A DNA stretch of 63,785 bases, counting the filler, from Bonamia ostreae (taxonomy: Eukaryota), in the NCBI GenBank assembly GCA_040357525.1. It is 13 parts of 13 records of this genome, joined end to end, with 100 filler letters (N's around TTAATTAATTAA, not from the genome) between each part and the next. Parts side by side here need not be neighbours in the genome. Positions count along the whole stretch, not along the records: positions 49,228 to 54,019 come from JBDODL010000266.1; positions 54,120 to 58,904 come from JBDODL010000267.1; positions 59,005 to 63,785 come from JBDODL010000268.1; 10 more parts are not named here. The stretch is one strand, 5' to 3'. This document shows, one piece after another, positions 50,794 through 62,000 of this stretch (position 1 is the first letter of the stretch; every line of letters begins with the position of its first letter). A program made the position numbers and the translations under genes. Under the pieces are notes generated by a model. The model had not been told where the DNA came from. It made no database searches and worked only from the letters and a program-made list of their open reading frames with translations.

Positions 50794-51797
50794 TCACTCC
50801 ACAACCGCGTTCGGGTTGATAACCGGCAGCTCGCCCCCGTAGCAAACGACTGGGTCCATTTCCCCGCGCTTAAAGTACCGCGGAGTGCCGTCCTCGTCGA
50901 AGAACCCCCGCGGCGCCTCGAAACGCTGCTTCGACAGCGCCCCCAGAAACCTCCTCACTTTCCGCTTGCTCAGCGACTTGACCATGTTCGGCGGAAAGCA
51001 GTCTGCGCTCACGCTGTCGAGGCTGCTCTGCTTCATTTTGAGGATCTTGCGGTACTGCGACTCGATCTGCTCGCTCGGCGGCGACTGCACGTTGAAGTCG
51101 GGGCCCATGGCGATTTCCAGCGTGCTCGGCGAGTTCCCGAGGATGCGCGTCATCGGCGAGACCGGGATGCTGTTCGAGCTCGGGGAGACCGGCGACGCCG
51201 TGCCGCGCTGTTCTCCGAAGACGCCCGGCGGCACCTCGATTTCTGCGCGTGAGAAATGTAACTGTTTAGGAACGACTCTTCCGTCGCCGGGGACAGAATG
51301 GGGCTGAAGCTCGACGAGTAGAACATCGGGCTCTGGTTGCCGTAGCGGTTCAGGTAACTGGGGAAAGGGCTGTTCTGCGGCTCTGCGGCGCTCTCCTTCC
51401 GGGCGCCGAGCGTTCTGCCCGCGACGCGGCTGTGCAGCACCTCCCCGCGCAGCGTCTTCGCGCGCAGCGCCATCGCAGCGGCGACGCAGTTCTTCTCGGA
51501 GGCGAAGCGCAGCGTCCAGTTCTGCCCGAATTCGTTGAAGACGGAGAGGACGTCTGTTTTGCAGACCGTGGCTTCGTCGGCACTGTTCTGCGGCGACGGT
51601 TTGTCGGGGAAGAGCGCCAGGATTTCGGCTCGGTTCACGTCTTTGGGCAAGTCGCGCAGAATGAGTGCTGTTCTCTCGCCGGAGCTCAGCTCCTCTGCCG
51701 GTGTGGTCGCGGGGGAACGCGCTGTGAGACTGACCTTCAAATTTTGCAGCTGTTTCTGGATGTCAGATGCATTCTCAAAGTTCTTCGTAGTTGTCAT
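50794..51797 (-). CDS. LARP4-type RRM protein (no La motif seen); 20-nt intron at ~51243-51262; very GC-rich
   Basis: LILRDLP...EILALF...NWTLRFASEKNCVAAAMALRAKTLRGEVLHSRV resembles the LARP4 RRM. Confidence 0.65.
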
Positions 51798-51890
51798 TTT
51801 TGCAGCTTTAGAATTTTAAGAGGTTTAAATATAGAATTCTTTTAGCTTCGGGCTTGAATATATTGTTTATGAATGAGTTTACACTTATGT

Positions 51891-51959
51891 GAAGGGCGTA
51901 GTCGTTCGAGCAAAGAGCGTGCATTGGTGCATGTTTGGGTTCGAATCCCGGTGTCGTCG
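51891..51959 (+). pseudogene. tRNA-like degenerate element (B-box)
   Basis: T-arm GGGTTCGAATCCC and an anticodon-like hairpin CGTGC-ATTGGT-GCATG, but defective acceptor and D arms. Confidence 0.35.
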
Positions 51960-52239
51960 TTCTAAGTCAAAATTGATTCGGCGTTGTACCATTTTTTGTA
52001 AAATTGCGCCGTGGACCGAATTTTTTCAGGATCCCAATTTTTTTAAGACGCCTAAAAACTTCGGGTCAAATGTTGTTTTATAATGCAAAACATCGATGCT
52101 AAGCTTTTTCGTTGCAAAATATGTTCGTTACAATCTATCACTACGTCGTTACAAAAACTCGCTTTGCCAAAAGCGCAAAATTTATTTATCAGTGAAAATG
52201 ACTTGAGCACAAAATTTATTTAACATTTATTTTCAAAAG

Positions 52240-52954
52240 CTATTTTTTGTAAAGTTTGGCCAGCAAAATGTCAGCGACGATGACTAAAACCAAAATGCCG
52301 ATCATTATCCACAACTTCTTGTTCGTCGCCACCGCCAAAAGCATTCCCTTCGTCAGTCTAAAATCGCAGAACAAAACTTTGCAGACCGCTCCAACAGATT
52401 ATCTATTTCGTAAGCTTCGTCTTTCAGTCTTCTGATCTGTTCGGTTTGGCGCTCCAAAGAGCCGGCGATATCAATCGCGGTCTTAGTTCAAGTTGTTTAG
52501 AGAACCTCGTCGGTGCGAACCAAGACTTCTTTCGTGTTCGCAAGAGTTTCCAGCGTCTTGTCTTGCAAGTCGTACGCGTAGTTCGTTACTTGTTCGATTC
52601 CCTCATCTTTCATTTTCGCAAGTTCTACCGTTTTTGTAAAAACTTTGTTCCAATTCTTTGTGGTCTGCTTCGTATCTCGGGATGGTTTTCTGGAATTTGG
52701 CCAATTTCTGAAAATTTTTGTACAAACTTTTTTTGTTTCTTCGTCACCGTCCGATTTCAGTTCTGTTTTGAGGGACAGAGCGTCTTTTTTGGCGTTGCGT
52801 AGTTTTATTTTTATCTTTTTGGAATACTACAATATCAAAACAAAACTGTTAACATGAAATTGAAATCCCTGTTTTCAGAGCTTAAAACATTAAAGCTTTT
52901 TTCGACACTTCGAAGATTTTTCTCGATGTTAGTAACTAGCACTTCGATTTCCAT
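52240..52954 (-). CDS. Qb-type SNARE (VTI1/NPSN-like), multi-exon
   Basis: DIAGSLERQTEQIRRLKDEAYEIDNLLERS, then TNKKLWIMIGILVLVIVADILLAKL tail anchor. Confidence 0.7.
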
Positions 52955-53047
52955 TTTGGTCGCGCTTCCTTTTTAAATGTGTGTGATAAAGAAAATTAAT
53001 TTACTATAAAATAGTTAATTGGGTCGTATATAATATTTAGCATTTTT

Positions 53048-53505
53048 ATGATTCGCTGTTCAAAAGTATTCTTGCGTAATTTTGCATCTAATCACACAAA
53101 AACTATGCGCTCCGTTGCAGACTTTACGCAGTTTTACGACAAAACTGTCTTTATAATACAAGACAAAGTCGATTCGCCAGAATTCGACAGTTACAACATC
53201 GATGTCGATTTGTCAGTTTTAAATTATAAATTGGATAATTTTTTGTCAAAACTGCTTAATTCTCAAAGGGTGGAAATCTTTCCATCGTCATTGATCGCAA
53301 CAAGAACTTTCTGATAAACAAGCAGTTGCCAAAACGCCAATTGTGGTTTTCGTCTCCAGTGAGCGGCGCGCACCACTACGATTTAGACTTGGAAACAAAT
53401 CGCTGGCGATCTGATAGAGATGGCCATTTATTCCAGTCAATGTTGACTTCGGAACTTTCGGACTGTTTTGACGCCGCAGCTTTTGGTTTCAGCGATAAAT
53501 TTTGA
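53048..53505 (+). CDS. FXN: Frataxin
   Basis: Presequence-like N-terminus; FLINKQLPKRQLWFSSPVSGAHHYD...W...DG. Confidence 0.92.
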
Positions 53506-54153
53506 TATTTTTATTTTTTGTGATGGCGAAGAGCTGAAGCTACCTCTAGCTGTCCTATGGACATTCAAGAGCGGGAAGACGAGCAGATCCATCTTGATCC
53601 ATCTTGAGATAGTTTATTCGTGTTTTGAAGATGAATGTGTGTTTGTTGTCTTTATTTGTTATTTTTGGTATGTTCTCTTATTTGGACACTTCTCTTATTT
53701 ATTTGGTATCTATCAAATTTAAACACACGCAGTATCGATCTGAATTCATGACAAAAGAAAAAATCAAATTGTTTGGTATTGACATTTTTTAAACAAAGGT
53801 ATTTATTGTCTCAATACTCTTCGCTTAAATGCGTCGCTCGTCGATCTGCTCCTCGCATCACTGTTCGCTTCGCTTTCACCATGGCTATAGTTAGCATTTG
53901 GCGAGATCCATCATTTTTATTTTGGTGCATATTGTAACCGTTTCCTCACATATCAATGATTTTTTTTTAGTTTTATATATTTGATTTTATTTATTTTTTC
54001 TCTTTTTTATATTATTTTTNNNNNNNNNNNNNNNNNNNNNNNNNNNNNNNNNNNNNNNNNNNNTTAATTAATTAANNNNNNNNNNNNNNNNNNNNNNNNN
54101 NNNNNNNNNNNNNNNNNNNGCGATGACCAAAAATTATTATAAAATTTGAGCAT

Positions 54154-54945
54154 TTACGATTCAATTTGTAGCATTACATTCAATAACAATGTGTTGAAAA
54201 TTGACGATCGCATAAAAGAAACTCGGGTCTGCTCTATAGTAGATTTATCGGAATAATCTTTCAGATTAAGTGTAATCCAAAAATCATTTACCTGGATAGA
54301 TTCTTCATGCAACTTTTTAATAAAATTTCTCATTCCATCTGTAAATTGGTACCGAAAGATAACAAGCATATCTAAAACACCCAAAACTTTTAACAGAAGT
54401 TTATTTTTGTCATCATCAGAACAAAACACTTCCCCTAAAAAAAGAATAAATGCTCTTGAATCTTCAAGAGCATTTGGCACCATTTTATTCTGATCATTAA
54501 ATTCATTACAAAAATCGAAAACGGCATCTTTTCTTGCCAAAATCTCGTTTTTATCTTTTATAATTTGTTTCCAAAACAGTTTAGCCTTAACTTTTGAATC
54601 CCGGTCATACTTATACAATTCTTGCGCGTAACTAATCAGTTTATCCGCATTCTCGTGATCGTAAATGCTTTTTTGAGTCCATAATGTCATAAATGATTTT
54701 CGAGATTTCATCATCTCTATAAAATTTTTAGTTTTTTCGTTGTCAGAAAAAAGCCCAGAAAATTCCTTCTCTTCTTGTTTAGCAATTAAAGTCTTTCTAT
54801 CTTGAAGTAAAGGAATAGTTTCTTTTAATCCTTTATCGTTAAAATCCTCTTCCACAAATATATCTGCTCCTGTTTCTGTTTCGGGAAACGTAAATGCATA
54901 AGATGGCATATTTTCATCTGGTAATGTACTAACTTGTATTCCCAT
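54154..54945 (-). CDS. Intronless hypothetical protein (263 aa)
   Basis: Long clean ORF, no recognisable motif. Confidence 0.65.
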   Translation of the reverse strand: MGIQVSTLPDENMPSYAFTFPETETGADIFVEEDFNDKGLKETIPLLQDRKTLIAKQEEKEFSGLFSDNEKTKNFIEMMKSRKSFMTLWTQKSIYDHENADKLISYAQELYKYDRDSKVKAKLFWKQIIKDKNEILARKDAVFDFCNEFNDQNKMVPNALEDSRAFILFLGEVFCSDDDKNKLLLKVLGVLDMLVIFRYQFTDGMRNFIKKLHEESIQVNDFWITLNLKDYSDKSTIEQTRVSFMRSSIFNTLLLNVMLQIES

Positions 54946-55149
54946 TTTGGTTTGAATATCTATTTATATATAAATTTTCTTAAAGATGTAACAACAGTTG
55001 GTTTAGAAAATTAAAAATGGGAATTATATGCAATTTTTTGTAAAAAATATTTTACAAATGTGATTAAATTTGCACATACTGTGATCTAAAAACAAAAATA
55101 AAATTTAATCGAACAAGGCTTCTTTCAAAAGATTTCTTTTGGATCCTGA

Positions 55150-55590
55150 TGACATACCCCAAAATTAGCGAAATTTTTGTATCCCTCCAGCAATCCGAAA
55201 TTATAATCGATCCTCTTTCTATTCTTCTGCTAACAATATCTCTCAAAACATCTGATGACCGACAGTCGACCTTCTCCACAAAAAACTCTTTTGCTACATT
55301 TGGCTCCTACAATCCATTGAGTTTTTTATACGGTCTTTATTGTATTTACGTCGACTGGTAACCGATTCGTCAATTTCAACGATCCTATTTTCACCTCGAT
55401 TTTATTTTCTTTGTTTTCGTATTTAAATACAACGGTTTCTCTTAAAAATCGGCACCAATCAACAACAGTTTTTTTGTCGATTTCTATGTCTCTTGAAATA
55501 TCCTTCACAGAGCTATTTATGCTCCATTCGTACATCAAAAGTAATATCTTATCCAAGGGTAACTTTGACTTGGAAAATTACTATAATTTA
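55150..55590 (-). mobile_element. Frameshifted Merlin/IS1595 (ISXO2-like DDE) transposase pseudogene
   Basis: SKLPLDKILLLMYEW, KTVVDWCRFLRE, IVEIDESVTSRRKYNKDR, VDCRSSDVLRDIVSRRIERGSIIISDCWR, spread over different frames. Confidence 0.85.
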
Positions 55591-55774
55591 TATAAAAAAT
55601 GGTCATTTTTTGTACTCAGAAGGGTCGGTTTAGTGAGGGGGGGGGGGTGCTATTCTCCACTTTTACCTAAATTTATATATTCATGGATTAAATCCCTAAA
55701 TCTGCAACTCATAAGTCTCGTTATATCCTCAAATATACCAGAAATCGAAATATGTATATACCATAATTCGGAAA

Positions 55775-57548
55775 ATGGAATCTGAGTTCGTAATTTCAAA
55801 CAAAAATTTTAATTCCAAATATCGAATGGAAGAAAATATCGGGTAAAAATAAGACATTTTAAGACAACCTGGCCAGTTCGGGTTCGCCAAAAGATGTGTA
55901 AGTTTAAAAGATGGTACACATTTCGCAGCAAAAGTGATAGATAAGAACAAATTTTCTAATTTGAATAAGAAAAAAATTTTTTTTCAGCAGGTTAAATTTG
56001 CGATTAGATAAAAATTTAATCGAAACGGCAAATCTTCTTAAACGAAGCGTTGCCCACAATAAAACCGAAGAAATTTGTGTCACAATATAAAACAAACTCA
56101 TGTGCTCTTATAATAATAACAAAACGAAATTTAAAGCTGAAAAATGAAATTAACATAATGAAAACTCTCGACCACTCCAACGTAATAAAATATGTTGATT
56201 TCTTCGAAGACGATCATCAACTTTATATAGTAATGGAACTCTGCGAAGGCGGAGAACTTTTTGATCGAATTTTGGCGAAAGGAAGTTACTCAGAAAAAGA
56301 TGCCGCTTTTGTGCTGAAACAAGCCGTCGAAGGCATCAATTATCTTCATAACCAAAAAATTGCCCACTTGGACTTAAAACCGGATAACTTTTTGTTTGTG
56401 AACAAAGACGAAAAGTCGAAGCTCAAAATAATTGACTTCGGGATGTCTTCGGTTGTTGAAAAACACAAATATTTAAAAAAATTGGTGGGCACCCCTTATT
56501 ATGTTGCACCCGAAGTACTTAGAGGGCAGTACACCGAATCTTGCGACATTTGGAGTGTCGGCATCATCATGTTCGTTCTGCTGGTTTTTAAGCGTTAAAT
56601 TTTCATGACAAAAATGTTTATGGAAAGTGCTGAAGCAAAATTTTCCTTAATTGGCTTTTCAAAAGTATGGTTACCCCCCTTTCTACTCCGACCCAAACAA
56701 CCATAACTCGGAACAGAAAATATTCGAACAAATCAAAAAAGGGTTCAATCCTATCGTCAAAGACGATTATGGTCCTTGGTTTCCAAAATCAGTGCACTGC
56801 TCCGATTCTGCCAAAAATCTGATATCAAAGTTGCTAGACAAAGATCCCGTCGTTTATATGTCAATTTTAAAAAGAAAAGAATAACAGCAAAAGAAGCGTT
56901 GGAGCATTCATGGTTCTCGACAGCTGATGACAGAATGGTTGAGAGTTCGGTGGTATCTAAGATAATATCTTTTAGGAACACCTGTAAACTCAAAAATGCC
57001 TTTTTAAATTTCATGGTGAATAGTCTTGATGAAGACGAAATGAAAGACTTGACCGTTTTCTTGAATTTATGCAAAACAGGATGAATTTGAACAAATCGAT
57101 ACTAATAAAAACGGGAGAATAAGTTTCGCAGAGCTCAAAAGTGTTCTCAAAAGAAATAATTGGTTTTCCGATTCTTTTTTAAATTAAACCAATTTCCTAT
57201 TTTGGTAAAGCGAGATCGCAGAAGAAAAGATTTCTGATATAATGAAACACATGGATGAAGACAATGACGGCAGCATAAGTGTCAACGAATGGTGCATGGT
57301 CGCAATGAATAAGCGACTTCTAGAAAAAGAAGAGCGACTGATGCAGTTTTTATCCCAGCACAAAAAGTTTATTCAGAAAAATAGACGAAAACGGCGACGG
57401 AAAGTTGTCTAGAGTCGAACTGGGAAAGGTTCTTTTGCAGCTCAAACCAGATTTTGACATAAGAAAAGCAATTGAAGAGTTTGATTTGGACAAAGACGGT
57501 AACATTGATTATAAAGAATTTTCAGCGATATTCAAAACGATTATATAA
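55775..57548 (+). CDS. CDPK: Calcium-dependent protein kinase (kinase + 4 EF hands); introns include 55843-55863, 56852-56874, 57055-57079
   Basis: IGQPGQFG, HLDLKPDN, DFG, APE; EF hands DTNKNGRI, DEDNDGSI, DENGDGKL, DLDKDGNI. Confidence 0.95.
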
Positions 57549-57626
57549 ATTGTTACAACACTTTTACATTTTTTTGTATCTTTGTCGCTTTTTAATTTGA
57601 AATATTGACTAATAAAAAAATCATTT

Positions 57627-58500
57627 TTATCTATTTCGCAATTTGCAATAGAATACAAAGATCATGATACCACCAAATATGCAAATGGCGGCACTCGCAA
57701 TCTGCGATTTTATAATAAAAGGACATTTTGTTTCGTTCCAATAAACAACCGGGAGTCCTTCAACAACAGCTTTTTTAAACGTTGGTACAATTGATTCGTA
57801 CATTATGTCATCCATCTTTTTGTTATATTTGATTGAAACAATGAAGTTCTTGTAATTTTATGCAATTTGAATGTAACAATGTTTATTGATTTTATTAATG
57901 AAAAGATACATATTAATTGCTGCAAATGCGTGTCTTAAACATCTAATAGAAAAGTGATGCCAAGTATGTTAACAAGAAGATCTCTATTGCTATAACTTCC
58001 ACTGAATAGCAGTAATCCAGAACCGTAAACAAGAAAATATGTTGTCAAAACAAATTTCGGAAACAATATAATGTATGCGAGGGGACTTTTCTTTGTTTGA
58101 ATTCTTATATTCAAGTTCTCGCTGAATGTTTGCTTTGAAGATAATTTTTTCAAATTTATTATATTTTAATGTAACAATTAAATCGTTTATATTTTAATGT
58201 AACAATTAAATTCTTGTACGAGAAAACACCTTAACAATTAAAGAAGAGTCTACTGGAAGATATCTTGCCCATAGACACATATTGATCATTTTTTTATAAT
58301 CTCTGTAACAGATTAAGACGTAATAAATAATAGCAAATATTTGCAACCCCGTCGGGTTGTTCGTACAGTCGATTGGATTTTTCAAAATTTGAACAATGTA
58401 AAAAATATAACCCGCTTGAATTAAAAAACTCGCGATGTATAAACACATTATTTTCAACAAAAAGACAATTCTTTTTGAAAATGACATTTCCAACAGAACA
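57627..58500 (-). CDS. Multi-pass membrane hypothetical protein, multi-exon
   Basis: Three stacked hydrophobic ORFs on the same strand separated by intron-like gaps. Confidence 0.55.
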
Positions 58501-59004
58501 ATCTAAAATTTTTTGTTTATGCAAATTATTTTTAAATATCGAATAATGATCATTTTTGTCTATTAAACGGCAAAAAAATAGGAAAGGATAGTGCCATGCA
58601 ATTTATAATGGGGTTTTCTGTTCGTTATAAACTCTGAGAAAGTTATATCTCTTGAATTAGTGTCCAAAAATAATTTTTTATCAAAATTTCCCATTTTGAA
58701 TTGTTGCGGGTTTTGTTGATAAAGTCAGTTATAATTGTTTTTTTTTCAAAGGAGGGGTGGCTTGCAGAAAATTTTGACGAAAATATTAATACAGAAACAC
58801 GATAATTATTTCCTATAAATTTGAGTTTCATTTTAAATGATTAGATTCAGTTTTAGTCAATTTTTCGACATTTTTGTCTTTTTTCGATATTTTTGTAAAC
58901 TTTTNNNNNNNNNNNNNNNNNNNNNNNNNNNNNNNNNNNNNNNNNNNNTTAATTAATTAANNNNNNNNNNNNNNNNNNNNNNNNNNNNNNNNNNNNNNNN
59001 NNNN

Positions 59005-62000
59005 AGAAGAGAACATATTAATGCCAAAAATGTTCATCGAAAGGACAATACGATCCTTCAATTTCTTTCTTAACAAAGAAATATCGATAATTTTGGCAAG
59101 AACAATGCGAAAAATTGTCGAAACAATAGTTTCGAAAAATGGCATTGCAATAAAACACTTTTCAATGCCAATCCTAAATTTTGCTAACGACATGTTGGCC
59201 AATATTGGCAAAAAATTTGAAATAACAGATATTTGCTCAATTTTGGATTTTGTGCAAAATTTTTTAAAAATTCTAAAATTTGGGAACGTTAAAATAAGTC
59301 CAAAAACTTTAAAACTGAAAAAATTGACAAGATTTTCATACGACGAAAATCTTTTTATTGCTAAAAAGGGAATTGAAATTCGCTTTTTAATCGCTGTTTT
59401 ACAACAAAATCCAATCATTTTGAGCACAATTTGGGTAAAATCGATTTTGAGTGATTTCTCAAAATTTGAAAATTTTGGGGACAAAAAATTTGCAAAAATA
59501 AAAAATTTGAGAAAATTAAGTTCAAATTTACAAGTTTTGGAAAAAATTTGCGATTTTGAGCTGAAAAACAAAAATTTTCAAAATTTTGATAAAAACGACG
59601 TTTCCTTGTTGTTTTCGATTGCTGTTTCCAAATATTTGTACCGTTTCAACAATCACTTCGTTGGTAACAGCAATAATACCAAAACATTGTCTTTAACAAT
59701 GATGTACCCTTTGCTATTGTTACAACTCTCAAAAAGTCTTTTTTCCATTTCAAAACTGGATTTGAGCATCGACCCCAAATTGCAAATCGAATTTAATTTC
59801 TTTTTGACAAAAAACTTTAAAAAATCGAAATTCGGTTGCAACAGACAGATTTTGTTGTTATCCATTCAATGGACTCGATTTTTGATCGTTGATGCGAATA
59901 TTTCCGATTTTAATATTACAAATTTCGATCACATCTTCGAAAACTTGTCGGATGTAGAAAATTGCTTCGATATCGTTGATTTGTGTTACCATGTTTTCAT
60001 TGAATAAGGACTTTATTTTATTGAATATGTAGATTGCTTTATTGAATTTTGTGAATTTTAAAGGCTTTGAAAAAAGATAAACGACTGATAACGAACGGAA
60101 AATTACTTAAACTTGTCAAAAAAATCTGGACTGAATTTCGGGGCGCAACAATCGAATCAAAATCTTTGTTACTACTTTTGAATCAAATTTCGTCTAAAAA
60201 TATTGAGCAAATTTTGCGTTTTATAAAAAAAATTTAAGACGATTTTCCAAAACCAAAATTAAAAAATAACATTTTGATGCCACAAAAAATGTTTTGTCGA
60301 GACAATGATTCGCCGCCATTAACAAAAAACGACGTAAAAACAATTTTGGAAATTATGGAAAATCCGAAAAAGGAATATTTTAAAAATGGCGGTAAAATCT
60401 CAAAAATGTCTAAAATATTATTAAACGATTTTGCAGAAAACAATTTTGGTGAGCAATTTTGTTATCTGCTTCAGATGTTGTCAAAGTACTTTGTTACCAA
60501 AAAACTTTCAAGTTACATTGGTAACCCCCAAAAAACGCTAAATTTTCTTAGGAAAATATGTCAACGTTTTTATATAAAATATTGTCCCAAAAACACTTTA
60601 TTGTTACAATACTTTGAAAAATTTGATAAACAAATTTAAAAACATGGCAACACTGTTATTTTAGGAAATGGGTTCGAAACCCGAAACAAGCATTTTTATT
60701 TTTTATTTTTGTTAATTAAAGAAACGGAAGAAAACAAACTGAAAAACTTTTATTCAAATTATTTTCTCAACAATTTTATGCAAATTGTACATACTAAAAT
60801 AGCAAAATTTAGTACAAACCCCAACTTTTTTCAATCGAACGCAAATAAGTGCCATAAATTTTTTTCCAGAATATTCTTCGTTTTGTTTGAAACAAGTTAT
60901 CGCAACCAAAATTACAGTGAAGCTTCTATTTTTGGTGAAAACTCGTTGCAAGTTTTGTTGGAACAGAAAAACAAAAAATCTGCAAATAATCTTTTGTTCA
61001 AACTTTGCGAATGTTATTACTTTCTAGAAACACCCGATTGTATTGGCGGTATTTTGGATTGGTACCAGTCAAACTTTAACGAAGATTTTTCGATTTTGTC
61101 GTATTGGAAATTGGCTTTAATAAGCGAATCCAAAAGACAATTTGAAGAAGCGATCGAAAACTTTACCAAAATCTTAAACCATTTTAAAGACAAAACTGAC
61201 CAAACTAACATTTTCTACAAAAACAAAGTTCTTCAGCACATTGAACATTGCTACAACCCCTTGCTTTTAGACAATCCAAACAATTCGTATGGCTACAATA
61301 ACAACAATGAAAAAAATGATAGCAATAAAGTGACTCAAAGTGACAACGAAAAAGGTAACAACAAATTGATAACATTAAAAAAGAGTTTAACAAAATAACT
61401 TCAAACAAACAAAAAATGGTCGAAAATTTGAAAAAATTTGGCGAATTAAATTTTTATGTCAAGTTTGACAAAAATATTGAGAATTTTGAGATTGGCGACA
61501 TAAAAAAAGAAATATTGATCAAAAATAAATTGCTTTTAGATAATTTGCGAAATGTCGAAAATTTTGACGTTTCTGATAACGAATTGGTCAATGAAATCAA
61601 ATTGCTAAATTTTATCTTAAAAAATAAACAAAAAGTAGTCAAAATGGCGTCAGAAAACAAAAATTTTGATATAAAAAAATTAAAACGATTTAATTTGGTC
61701 AATTATCGGAAATTTATGTCTAAAAATAAAAATTTCAAGTGCTCTAAAATAGCTGAAAATTTGGTGAATTTTGGTAACAATAAAATAAATTTTGGTAACG
61801 ACGAAATAAATTTTTCCGACAAAAATTCGATTGACAATATTTTCGACAAATTTTTGTTATCAAAAACTGTTTCAAATTTGGAAAAGGAAATAATTGAAAA
61901 AGACTTTTGTGAATCATTGTTACAACTACAAAAAATTGACGATTATAAAAATTGCTTTGAGATTGCAACAGATATTCCAAAAATAAAAGAAAACCAAAAA

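Noticed and set aside
51825-51865. PAM2-like peptide FKPEAK upstream of the LARP4-like ATG
   Set aside because: The frame continues RILY and hits a stop; no splice donor links it to the CDS
60670-60685. GGTTCGAAACCC B-box-like motif
   Set aside because: Lies within the SMG1-like gene with no tRNA structure around it
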